This document shows, piece by piece, positions 53,853 through 62,958 of a DNA stretch of 64,000 nucleotides (the stretch's first letter is position 1; every line of letters starts with the position of its first letter). A program made the translations under genes and the position numbers. Source of the stretch: Terriglobales bacterium (GTDB lineage: Bacteria; Acidobacteriota; Terriglobia; Terriglobales; Acidobacteriaceae); the NCBI GenBank assembly GCA_049511995.1, contig JBEKXO010000009.1, positions 2,333-66,332 of the forward strand. Direction: 5' to 3'. The notes under the pieces are model-generated. The model saw only the letters and a program-made list of their open reading frames with translations, made no database searches and was not told where the DNA came from.

Positions 53853-56495
53853 TTAGCCGGCGCAGGTTTCGAGGGACCGCGCGATCACCAGCGTGATGTC
53901 ATCCTGCTGTTCGCAACCACCGCAGAATTGCTGAACGGCTGTAATCACCGCCTGGAGAAGTTGGTCCAGTGGAAGGTGAGAATGGCTCGCCATGACATCC
54001 ACCAAACGGGACTCGCCGAATTCTTCGCCATCGTTATTCGCTGCTTCGGTGACGCCGTCGGTGTAGAGCACCAGCGTGTCGCCAGACGCGAGTTTCACTT
54101 CAGCAATCTCGCACTGCCAATTTTCAAACAATCCCATCACGGTGCAAGTGGATGACAACCGTTCAACCGTTGATGCCGCTGGAACCTGATTCTGTGAACT
54201 TCCGCACGCACGAAACAAAAGCGCTGGAAGATGTCCGCAATTGGCGTAGCGAAGCCTGCCGGTGGAGTCGTCGTAATCGGCAAACAATAATGTGGCGTAA
54301 CTGGCGTCGCCGGAACTTTCATAGAACAGGCGGTTCACCGAGCTGAGCAGCCGAGGCAGGTCGTCGACCGCCATCGCATACTGACTGCGCAAGTTGGCTT
54401 GCAGGTTGGCCATCAGCAGGGCTCCGGAAAAGCCCTTGCCGGCAATATCGGCGAGCACAAAGCCAACTCGCCCCGGAGCGAGTTCCAGAAAGTCGTAATA
54501 ATCTCCGCCGACCTGTCTTGCCTGGATGCAGCGACCCGCGTACTCCATGGTGCGCAGCGAAGGGAACTTCTGCGGGAAAAGCCTGGCTTGCACCTGCCGT
54601 GCCATCTCTAGTTCATGAATAGAGCGGCGTTCTGCCTCCAATCGCTCGGCGATCTGCTCGGTCAGCCAGATGCCTTCGAGAGCGACGCCCGCCTGGCTCG
54701 CGACCGACGCCAGTAGCCGCCGGTCTTCGCGGGAATAAGGCTCGTCCGAGAGTCGCGCACCCAAGGCCAACAGTCCCGCGAGCTTATTTTCACGGCCGGG
54801 CATGGGCACGAGACACTCAGGCTGCAGGGGGGCAAAGGCCCGGAGCGATGCCGCCAGTTCGGGAGCCATAATCGATTCAGGCGGCGGAACTTCCCACGGC
54901 TGCCCGCGTCCCGCCAAGTCGAGCAGCAACGGCAAGTCAGCGGGGATCGCTTGTGGCTCGGGCAGCCCATCCGTCGCTAATGCCCGCAACTTGCCATTAC
55001 CCAAGCTTTGGTACATCACCATGGCTTGCGGATGAAGCGCCTGCTTGATCTCCTCCTCCAGCAGCGTGGCCAGTTCATGCCGGGTAGTGGCTGTTCGCGT
55101 TTTTTCCGCGAGATTTTCGAGAATCAATCTGGCATCGTACGAGCTTCGAAAAAATGCTCGATCGATTCGCTTGTTGACTCGCTCGCCGACTACGATTCCA
55201 ACCCACAGCACGAGTGATCCAAGCCCGAAAGCTGGAATCACGGCCACTTGGGGATGAGTCGAAATTTGCTTCGAGAACGTACGCACCAAAACCAGAACGA
55301 GAGTAATGGTCGCGATAACGCCGAGGATGTGCACTCCCCACTGCACCATGAGAAAGCGAGCGCTGCGCTTGAGGAGGACCGGAATCTCGAGCACGCGATG
55401 TTTCACGACGGCATAGGCAAACGACAAGGGAAAAAGCCACAACACAAAGGTCACAGTCGCGCCCAGCCAAAGACCTATGTGAAATCCGAAAAAGTCACCG
55501 GCTGCCAAAGCCAGCGTCGCGGGAATCACGCCGACTAGCGTTCCCCAAAGAATTACGCGAATCTTGCGCCGCGCCTCCGAAGAATCGACGGTGGCCGCGT
55601 TCCATGTCAAAGAAACAAAGCCCAAGACAACCAGCCCGTAATTGAAGATCAATATCGAGATGTGCGCATACTTATCCCGTAGCCATCCGAAACCTGGGAT
55701 TGGAGTGGGATCGGTGCCACCCGACGCTGGCATTAGCAACGCGATGCACAGAGGCAGCGCCAAAAATATTGCCACGGCCACCGCGAGCCACTTGAGCCAT
55801 GGAAGACGCCGGTCCAATGGGGAGCGCGTCGGAAAGACTGCGAAAAAGAAAAAAAACAACGGCGCGGCCATGTTGTCAAAGATTGCGCGGTAGGCGATGG
55901 CGAACGGCCTGACCGACTCGGGCACGCCGAGGAACGCGTTATCGAAGGCCGGAATGGCGATAAAGCCGCCAAACATAAAAGCTACCAGCCAGGCATTTGG
56001 GTCCTCCAGGCGAAGGAACAAAACGGCCAAACCGACGGTGAGAAAAGTGAAAGGATATACGCGGAGTACGCCCTGACCGATGTGGGTCGCTACGCCCGCT
56101 TCGGCCGGGGCTGACCCGCTTGCGCGAAACGTAGCGTGCATTTCTATCGGGACTGAAACACCGGGGCGCTGGATGGTTAGATCGACACTGTCCCCTGGCT
56201 TATGCTGAAGCCAGATACGAACCAGGGCGTCTTCTCTTTTCAGCGGCTCGCCGTTGATGCGGACGATGCGATCGCCCGCCTTCAGGCCAGCTCGTTCAGC
56301 GGGGCTGCCGGGAATCACGCTCCGCACCAACTGGGAATGATCCCCAGGGGTGTACTTATTGTCGAAGCCCAACTCCACCGCGACCGGTTGCTCGCCGTAG
56401 AGTGTCCAAAGGGCGCTGTAAAAGATGGTGCAGGCGGCAAAGAGTATCGCCAACGTTGCCAGCAGCGGCTTTTGAAATGGTCGAAACCCTTGCAT
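53853..56495 (-). CDS. PDZ / polytopic membrane / GAF / PP2C (SpoIIE) multidomain sensor phosphatase
   Basis: The N-terminal PDZ is GSPAERAGLKAGDRIVRINGEPL. About 8 TM segments and a GAF-like region follow. The SpoIIE motifs are GGDYYDF, VLADIAGKG, LYTDGVTEA and QDDITLV. Confidence 0.85.
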   Translation of the reverse strand: MQGFRPFQKPLLATLAILFAACTIFYSALWTLYGEQPVAVELGFDNKYTPGDHSQLVRSVIPGSPAERAGLKAGDRIVRINGEPLKREDALVRIWLQHKPGDSVDLTIQRPGVSVPIEMHATFRASGSAPAEAGVATHIGQGVLRVYPFTFLTVGLAVLFLRLEDPNAWLVAFMFGGFIAIPAFDNAFLGVPESVRPFAIAYRAIFDNMAAPLFFFFFAVFPTRSPLDRRLPWLKWLAVAVAIFLALPLCIALLMPASGGTDPTPIPGFGWLRDKYAHISILIFNYGLVVLGFVSLTWNAATVDSSEARRKIRVILWGTLVGVIPATLALAAGDFFGFHIGLWLGATVTFVLWLFPLSFAYAVVKHRVLEIPVLLKRSARFLMVQWGVHILGVIATITLVLVLVRTFSKQISTHPQVAVIPAFGLGSLVLWVGIVVGERVNKRIDRAFFRSSYDARLILENLAEKTRTATTRHELATLLEEEIKQALHPQAMVMYQSLGNGKLRALATDGLPEPQAIPADLPLLLDLAGRGQPWEVPPPESIMAPELAASLRAFAPLQPECLVPMPGRENKLAGLLALGARLSDEPYSREDRRLLASVASQAGVALEGIWLTEQIAERLEAERRSIHELEMARQVQARLFPQKFPSLRTMEYAGRCIQARQVGGDYYDFLELAPGRVGFVLADIAGKGFSGALLMANLQANLRSQYAMAVDDLPRLLSSVNRLFYESSGDASYATLLFADYDDSTGRLRYANCGHLPALLFRACGSSQNQVPAASTVERLSSTCTVMGLFENWQCEIAEVKLASGDTLVLYTDGVTEAANNDGEEFGESRLVDVMASHSHLPLDQLLQAVITAVQQFCGGCEQQDDITLVIARSLETCAG

Positions 56496-56670
56496 GCTTC
56501 CCTGCGATCGATGCTAGAGAGTGTTCCGAGTGAATCGTATGCCGGGTTTGGGGTGGGGTCAAGAAAGGCACTCTGGGAACTTATGAATGTTTTTGGCGGT
56601 AGTGAGTCTGGGGCAGATCGGTACTAGTTATTGGAGGCAATACCGGAAGCCGACCCAATAGTGCCAACGA

Positions 56671-57234
56671 CTAATCATGGTGCGGACGAAACACCAGATC
56701 AAACCACGGCTTCCATGTTTTGCCGCCGTCGGTGGACGTAACTGCTGTTTCGCGAACGTTACCATTCTCGGGCTTCCAGGTGCCGCGCACCAGAACGCCT
56801 TTGGCGTGATCCTCGCCACTCATGATCATCGTGGCATGATCAATTCTTCCTTCGATTAAGAGTAATTCTCCGCGATTCGTTACCCAACTCTGGTGCCAAG
56901 TGTTTCGTGTAGCGTCGTAGATAGTGAAACTCTGCCCTTTGTGTCCGTCGGCGCCTTGATAGTCCTCGTGCAATACGCAGCCTTCCAGGATGAGATCGAC
57001 TTTTGCGCGGGCGACCATTTTTGAGTTGGAGGAGTTCGAACTGCTCGCACTATCGACATCGAACACGTCCCAATCCCCCGCCCAGAAATCGAACTCGCGG
57101 TAAGCGGCGGAGCTACAGGGAACTCGTGTCTTAGAATCAGCCGATGCCAAGCTGGTTCTGGCCATATGTGTTGCGGCGAGAAGAGTAATTACGAAGACAA
57201 TTACGGACTGGAACGATCGAGCGATCGAATTCAT
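56671..57234 (-). CDS. hypothetical secreted protein
   Basis: The preferred start is ATG 57234 (MNSIARSFQSVIVFVITLLAATH...). The motif is FDFWAGDWDVF...GCVLHEDY...WHQSWV. The family is not identified. Confidence 0.6.
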   Translation of the reverse strand: MNSIARSFQSVIVFVITLLAATHMARTSLASADSKTRVPCSSAAYREFDFWAGDWDVFDVDSASSSNSSNSKMVARAKVDLILEGCVLHEDYQGADGHKGQSFTIYDATRNTWHQSWVTNRGELLLIEGRIDHATMIMSGEDHAKGVLVRGTWKPENGNVRETAVTSTDGGKTWKPWFDLVFRPHHD

Positions 57235-57281
57235 TTTGAGTTCTCTTCCTTGGGCGCAATCACAAGCGAGGGTAGCGGGTC

Positions 57282-57560
57282 TCAACTCGGATGTTGCGAT
57301 CGGTTGCCTACCGCTACAACTTCTTCGGGTGGACCATAACCCCGACCGTGAGCCTGACCCGAGACTGCATATGTCTTCAATTCATCCCATCGCCATCGAC
57401 TGGAGATGGGTGGACTTCCGCAGGAACAATATAACGTGCAGTCTTCAGAGAATCCGGCGAGCGGAAGCAGATACGATCCGTTCGGATAGGGGCTGAAACC
57501 AATCAGATAACGAGTGCGGCAGTTTGGGCACTCGATGCAATGGCGAACGCGGTGTGTCAT
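57282..57560 (-). CDS. small Cys-rich protein, N-terminal zinc-ribbon-like CxxCxxC
   Basis: The 92-aa protein begins MTHRVRHCIECPNCRTRYLIGF...CTLYCSCG. Confidence 0.45.
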   Translation of the reverse strand: MTHRVRHCIECPNCRTRYLIGFSPYPNGSYLLPLAGFSEDCTLYCSCGSPPISSRWRWDELKTYAVSGQAHGRGYGPPEEVVAVGNRSQHPS

Positions 57561-57706
57561 GGCGCAGATTAGTCAGAGTTATTGTGGTAATCCGTCTTGG
57601 TTTGGAATTCCCGAGTTATTGCTCGCCGAAGAAAACAATGAGGGTACGAGGACCGTCGTACCCTCGATCAGTCGGGTTTCAGCGAGATCCTTGCCGGCTG
57701 TTTTGG

Positions 57707-59020
57707 TTATTTTGATCCGCTCGCACCTGGGGCAAAGCGGCTGAACGGCAATTGGCTTTGGTTATTTGCCGAGCGGAGTTTCTGTGAACTACCTTGCGCG
57801 CGCGCCCTTGATCGAACTGCCTCAACATTGCTGCCGGACACGGGAACGGCCAAGAAGGCGACGGTCTCGCCAGTCACAGAATCGGAGGCGTAGCCGACGA
57901 TCTCTCCGCTGTCGTTGATGTCATTCGCCAGCAGAAGATATAGGGATGAATCGGGCTGAATAAGGGAATTCAGATCTGTATTTAAACCGTCCTGATAGAG
58001 GAAGGCTCGCGCGTTGCCACCAAACGTAAATGACTGGCCGACCACCTGTCCTTTTATGTTCACGCCCCAAGCCCAGTCGTTGCCGTCGCCAGAAAGCGGC
58101 GCGATCTGTTGAATGCCCCGCGCTTGTGTCCACATAAAGGCGACTGGGTTGAGGGCATCGTCCTGGGTGTTGGGCAGGTTGCCGAATCCGACCACTTCGC
58201 TTCGGTTGTTGATTGCGGTAGGGGTGTTCCAGGCTACGCCTCCGTCAAAGTTGCCGAGGTTGATCGGAGTGCCGTTTTGCCAAAGCACAGCGTGTTGGGC
58301 GCTCGCTCCACCGACCGCATTCGAACAAAGACCGGAAATGCCGACGACTTGGCCCTTGTCATTGATTGCCGTAGCTGCCGAATCTGGATCGGGAGACAGC
58401 GGAGGCAATTGTCTCATCTGGCCCAATTCCGGCCCCCAGATGATGGCCTCAAACTGGAGTACTTGCGGTGGATTGCAGCTCGAATCGTGCACGCCATTTT
58501 CCGCCCACCCGACGACCTGGTTGTGGTTATTGACCGCGGACGCGTAACTGTCTAGGCCGCCGGGCAACGGAGGAAGCGCGGTCATGACGCCGTCCTGCCA
58601 CACGAACCCGTAACAGATATAGCCGTCGGGGCCAAAGAAATTGGCCAAGGCACAGCTCCATGCTTCACCCAATACATTCATTTCGGCTGTTTCGGCTATT
58701 CCGGCAATTTCACCCCTGTCATTCTTATTTGGCCAACCGACGGCGCTGTTTGGGCCGCCGAGGGTGCCGAGATCGAGCGGAACTCCGACCCAGAGTTCGG
58801 CGTGCTCGGTGGTCGAAGTGGGATAGGCGTCGCCAGCGATCCAGCCGACATTGTTGATACTGGCGGCCGCAGCGCTGGGTCCGCCGAGAGGCGAGCCGAG
58901 ATTGAACACGTAATACTGCGGCGGCTGATTTTTCTGCTGAGCCTGGGCAAACTGGAGTGAGATCACGAGGGCGGCGAAGATGGCGATTGCGGTGGAATGC
59001 GTCGATATCCTGGGGTGCAT
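57707..59020 (-). CDS. secreted HAF-family repeat protein
   Basis: It has a signal peptide (AIFAALVISLQFAQAQ) and repeated I-N-(N/D)-x-G-(Q/E)-(V/I)-V-G units (INNVGWIAG, NDRGEIAG, VNNHNQVVG, INDKGQVVG, INNRSEVVG, VNIKGQVVG, INDSGEIVG). Confidence 0.8.
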   Translation of the reverse strand: MHPRISTHSTAIAIFAALVISLQFAQAQQKNQPPQYYVFNLGSPLGGPSAAAASINNVGWIAGDAYPTSTTEHAELWVGVPLDLGTLGGPNSAVGWPNKNDRGEIAGIAETAEMNVLGEAWSCALANFFGPDGYICYGFVWQDGVMTALPPLPGGLDSYASAVNNHNQVVGWAENGVHDSSCNPPQVLQFEAIIWGPELGQMRQLPPLSPDPDSAATAINDKGQVVGISGLCSNAVGGASAQHAVLWQNGTPINLGNFDGGVAWNTPTAINNRSEVVGFGNLPNTQDDALNPVAFMWTQARGIQQIAPLSGDGNDWAWGVNIKGQVVGQSFTFGGNARAFLYQDGLNTDLNSLIQPDSSLYLLLANDINDSGEIVGYASDSVTGETVAFLAVPVSGSNVEAVRSRARAQGSSQKLRSANNQSQLPFSRFAPGASGSK

Positions 59021-59149
59021 GTTGCCTCCTGGTTGTTGGTCTAGGCCGAACGGAATTGCCAATCTGGAATTTCATTTTTTCTGCCTAGGTTTCTGCTCAG
59101 CGCAGACCGCGCAAGCAGTCCGACCATAGCGAAATGGATGCGCGCGCGT

Positions 59150-59245
59150 TGGACGTTTGCGGACGCCGAACGCGGAGGCTGGACGTTTGCGGACCTCGAT
59201 TTCAGAATCGGCTACCAGCCTGGGATGGCGGTCCGAAAACGTCTA
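59150..59245. promoter_or_regulatory. three copies of a 15-bp motif upstream of the ada/alkA-like gene (two direct, one inverted)
   Basis: TGGACGTTTGCGGAC occurs at 59150-59164 and 59180-59194 (both perfect). GTCCGAAAACGTCTA at 59231-59245 matches the reverse complement at 13 of 15 positions. Confidence 0.5.
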
Positions 59246-59313
59246 CTATCTGGAGCAGGGTCGACTATCATAAGTGGGCAGCGATTTGACGTTGGGCGAT
59301 CGGGACGGCGGCT

Positions 59314-60843
59314 ATGAATCTGGATTGGCAGATATGCTCGCGAGCGAGGTTATCGCGCGACGCGCGATTCGACGGTAAGTTTTTTATCGCCGTGCTCAGC
59401 ACCAGGATTTACTGTCGTCCAATTTGTCCGGCGCGTACTTGCAACGAGAGGAATGTCCGTTATTATGCAAGCGCCGCTGCGGCGGCCGAGGCAGGATTTC
59501 GTCCCTGTTTACGATGCCGGCCCGAGAGTTCACCGGGAACTCCAGCGTGGCTCGGAACTTCGAACACTGTTTCGCGGGCCTTGCGCCTGATCGGCGAGAG
59601 TGGGCTCGAGGACGGTGGAATCGAGGCTCTTGCCGAACGCCTGGGAGTTGGCGCGCGGCATCTTCGCCGCCTGTTCCTGAAACATTTAGGCGCGACGCCG
59701 ATTGCGGTAGCTCATACGCGGCGGCTGCACTTTGCGAAAAAGCTTATCGACGAGACGAGTCTGCCCATGAATCAAATCGCGCTCGCCTCCGGCTTCGGCT
59801 GCGTGCGCCGATTTAACGCCGGCATCCGTAAGTTCTATCACCGGACTCCGACGCAAATCCGGCGGCTGGCGCGGCGGAAGGAGATCTATTCAGAAAACCA
59901 ATACGTCTTTCATCTTAACTTCCGGCCTCCTTATCACTGGGAGGGCATGCTGGCATTTCTCGCGGCGCGCGCCACGGCTGGGGTTGAATTAGTAGAGGGG
60001 GACAGCTATCGCCGCACCATTTCCTGGAATGGCCGCCACGGCTTTTTTGAGGTTTCACCTGATCTGGGGCGCGACGCGCTGGTGGCGAGAATTGAGTTCA
60101 GCGATCCGCACTCGCTATTTTTCATTATTGAGCGTATCCGCGCGATGTTCGACTTGAACGCGGATTGGGCCAGCATTGTGCAGAATCTGAAGACAGATGT
60201 GGTTTTCGCCAGCGCGGTCGAAGCCGACCCGGGGCTGCGCGTTCCGGGATGCTGGAACGGTTTCGAACTCGCGACGCGAGCGATCCTCGGGCAGCAGATC
60301 ACTGTCAAGGGAGCGACTGCTCTCGCTGGACGGATGGTCGTCAGTTTCGGGAAGCCGTTCTCTGCGGCGCCAGGCCTCACCCATCTTTTCCCGCAACCTG
60401 ACGTGCTCGCCGACGCGAAGCTTACGAGCATCGGGCTGCCCGCGGCGCGGGCCGAAACCATTCGATTGCTCGCCCGCGCGGTTTGCGATGGGCGTGTCAG
60501 CTTTGAGGGGGTGGTGGACTCCGATGCTTTCCTGGATCGACTATGCGAGATTCCCGGAATTGGGAAGTGGACGGCTCAGTACGTCGCCATGCGAGCACTC
60601 GGGGAGACTGACGCATTTCCATCCGGTGATCTTGTATTACTGCGCGCGATGGGGCTAACGAATTCCCGCGAACTTGACCACCGGGCAGAACCGTGGCGCC
60701 CATGGAGAGCCTACGCAGCGATGTATCTATGGAGGATTGCCAACCAATCCGTACGCGGTGGAAATAAAGTGGCATCGTCCTATCCTCAGAAGGCGGCGAT
60801 CGAAGATTTGCTTGACCCGCCGCATGTCTCCATGGTTCTTTAA
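59314..60843 (+). CDS. Ada-type Zn methylphosphotriester sensor / AraC HTH / AlkA DNA-3-methyladenine glycosylase II fusion
   Basis: The Ada Zn motif is FFIAVLSTRIYCRPICPAR...CLRC. The AraC HTH is LAERLGVGARHLRRLF...NQIALASGFGCVRRFN. The HhH-GPD region is LCEIPGIGKWTAQYVAMRALGETDAFPSGD. Confidence 0.85.
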   Translation: MNLDWQICSRARLSRDARFDGKFFIAVLSTRIYCRPICPARTCNERNVRYYASAAAAAEAGFRPCLRCRPESSPGTPAWLGTSNTVSRALRLIGESGLEDGGIEALAERLGVGARHLRRLFLKHLGATPIAVAHTRRLHFAKKLIDETSLPMNQIALASGFGCVRRFNAGIRKFYHRTPTQIRRLARRKEIYSENQYVFHLNFRPPYHWEGMLAFLAARATAGVELVEGDSYRRTISWNGRHGFFEVSPDLGRDALVARIEFSDPHSLFFIIERIRAMFDLNADWASIVQNLKTDVVFASAVEADPGLRVPGCWNGFELATRAILGQQITVKGATALAGRMVVSFGKPFSAAPGLTHLFPQPDVLADAKLTSIGLPAARAETIRLLARAVCDGRVSFEGVVDSDAFLDRLCEIPGIGKWTAQYVAMRALGETDAFPSGDLVLLRAMGLTNSRELDHRAEPWRPWRAYAAMYLWRIANQSVRGGNKVASSYPQKAAIEDLLDPPHVSMVL

Positions 60844-60952
60844 TCGGGCCAAATCCAGTACCTTGATGGAAACCTCGGCTCCAACCGCCTTTGGCTTGGT
60901 TGAAGAAGGGATTATCATTAATATTCCCTTTATGAAAGGACAGTATTAATAG

Positions 60953-62191
60953 ATGGTGACGCGAGAAACCCCGCCCACACATGACCTAGGCTCATTGCGC
61001 ATTCACGATGGACAGCGCAAGGGCGGCAAAGCGGGGAAAGTTATCGCCATTTTCTTTGGGCTGGTGATCATCCTCGCTGGCGTTGGGGCCAGCGTTTATG
61101 CACTATTGGAAGGGAAACCAACCGTAGAAGTGGTCACCGCGAGAAAAGCCGTCGGGCCGGCAAGCCGTGAGGCGTTACTCAACGCGACCGGATATGTTAC
61201 TCCGCGGCAGCGCGCGACCATTGCCGCCAAAATCACAGGCCGGGTGACCAGGGTTTTCTTCGATGAAGGTACGCAAGTGCATCAGGGGCAATTGCTGGCC
61301 ACACTTGACGATGCCGATGTCCAGAGAGCTTTGGCTTCGGCCAAAGCGGATCGCGACTCAGCCAAAGCCGCGATCGCCGACTACGAAGTTCAGCAAAAGA
61401 ATGCTCGCATTTTGCTCTACCGCACCGAGCAGCTTCAAAAAGCGGGCGTTGAGCCGCAGGAACAGTTGGATAATGCGCGGACCTCTGTGGAAAGTCTGCA
61501 AGCCAAGATTGATCTGGCGAAAGCCCAGGCGGCAGCGTCTGAGTCTCGAATCCAAGAGGCGCAGCAGGCGGTTGACAATTGCACGATCCGCGCGCCGTTT
61601 GATGGCATTGTCGTTTCCAAGGACGCGCAGGTCGGCGAGATGGTCTCTCCGATCTCCGCCGGCGGGGGATTCACGCGCACAGGCATCGCTACCATTGTGA
61701 ATATGAGCTCCAACGAAATCGAGGTCGACGTGAATGAGGCTTACATCACGCGAGTGAAGCCCGGCCAGCAGGTGAATGCGATTCTCGATGCCTATCCTGA
61801 GTGGGAGATTCCCAGTCGTGTGCGCACGATTATTCCCAGCGCCGACCGCCAAAAGGCTACGGTAAAAGTGCGCGTTTCATTCTTGAAACTGGACCCACGC
61901 ATATTGCCAGACATGGGAATTAAGGTGACGTTTCTCGGCGATGAACCACCCAGCAAGGAGATCGCAGCGACGCCCGCGATTCTGGTACCTCAGAGCGCGG
62001 TGCACGACGATAATGGCAAGAAGGTTGTTTTCCTGGTGAGGGATGATAAAGCCGAGAGGCGCGCGGTTACTCCCGGCGGAAATCGCGGTACCGATACTGA
62101 GATCATGGCGGGATTAGCGGTTGGCGATGCCGTGATTGTGGGTGCGCCAGCAAATCTGCATGATGGCGAGAGAGTGCGGATCAAAAAATAA
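60953..62191 (+). CDS. efflux periplasmic adaptor (MacA/HlyD_D23-like)
   Basis: It has an N-terminal TM, a coiled-coil hairpin and a beta-barrel (IRAPFDGIVV). It precedes an ABC ATPase and permease. Confidence 0.85.
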   Translation: MVTRETPPTHDLGSLRIHDGQRKGGKAGKVIAIFFGLVIILAGVGASVYALLEGKPTVEVVTARKAVGPASREALLNATGYVTPRQRATIAAKITGRVTRVFFDEGTQVHQGQLLATLDDADVQRALASAKADRDSAKAAIADYEVQQKNARILLYRTEQLQKAGVEPQEQLDNARTSVESLQAKIDLAKAQAAASESRIQEAQQAVDNCTIRAPFDGIVVSKDAQVGEMVSPISAGGGFTRTGIATIVNMSSNEIEVDVNEAYITRVKPGQQVNAILDAYPEWEIPSRVRTIIPSADRQKATVKVRVSFLKLDPRILPDMGIKVTFLGDEPPSKEIAATPAILVPQSAVHDDNGKKVVFLVRDDKAERRAVTPGGNRGTDTEIMAGLAVGDAVIVGAPANLHDGERVRIKK

Positions 62192-62217
62192 TGGGCAGCA
62201 ATTAGAGGAGCAATCGT

Positions 62218-62958
62218 ATGGTGCAAGTCGATGGCGCTAGGACGACCAACAGCCAGATTCAGGTGCGCGGGTTGGATAAGACCTATCGTCGCGGAGGTGA
62301 AGAGATCCACGTATTACAAGGGCTGAATCTGGATGTGGAGAAGGGTGACTTCGTCGCTTTCATGGGACCAAGCGGCTCGGGCAAGACCACACTGTTGAAT
62401 CTGCTCGGAGGACTCGACGTCCCCACGCGTGGAAGCATCATTGTGGCCGGCGACGAGATCACGCACATGTCGGCCAGCAAACTGACCTCATGGCGGGCGA
62501 GGCATGTCGGCTTCATATTTCAGATGTATAACCTCATCCCCGTGCTGACGGCGTTTCAGAATGTAGAGCTGCCGCTGCTCTTAACCAGCCTTTCCAAGGC
62601 AGAGCGCCGCAAGCACGTGGAGACGGCGCTCGGAATTGTCGGATTAGCGGAGCGGATGAACCACTATCCGCGCCAACTCTCCGGAGGACAGGAGCAGCGC
62701 GTTGCCATTGCCCGCGCGATTGTTGCCGATCCTACGTTTTTGCTGTGCGACGAACCGACGGGTGATCTCGACCGCAAAAGCGCGGATGAAATCATGGACC
62801 TGATTCAGCGTCTGGTGAAGGAGTACACCAAGACTGTGCTCATGGTGACGCACGATCCACTGGTTGCAAAGCGCGCCGATCTTACGCTGCACCTTGAGAA
62901 AGGCGTGCTCGTCGAGGCCGGCGAATCGCACGAAGTTCCTGCCGGAGGCGCCGCATGA
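62218..62958 (+). CDS. ABC transporter ATP-binding protein (MacB/LolD type)
   Basis: Walker A is GPSGSGKTT, the signature is LSGGQEQRV and Walker B is [11 protein letters not shown]. Confidence 0.9.
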   Translation: MVQVDGARTTNSQIQVRGLDKTYRRGGEEIHVLQGLNLDVEKGDFVAFMGPSGSGKTTLLNLLGGLDVPTRGSIIVAGDEITHMSASKLTSWRARHVGFIFQMYNLIPVLTAFQNVELPLLLTSLSKAERRKHVETALGIVGLAERMNHYPRQLSGGQEQRVAIARAIVADPTFLLCDEPTGDLDRKSADEIMDLIQRLVKEYTKTVLMVTHDPLVAKRADLTLHLEKGVLVEAGESHEVPAGGAA

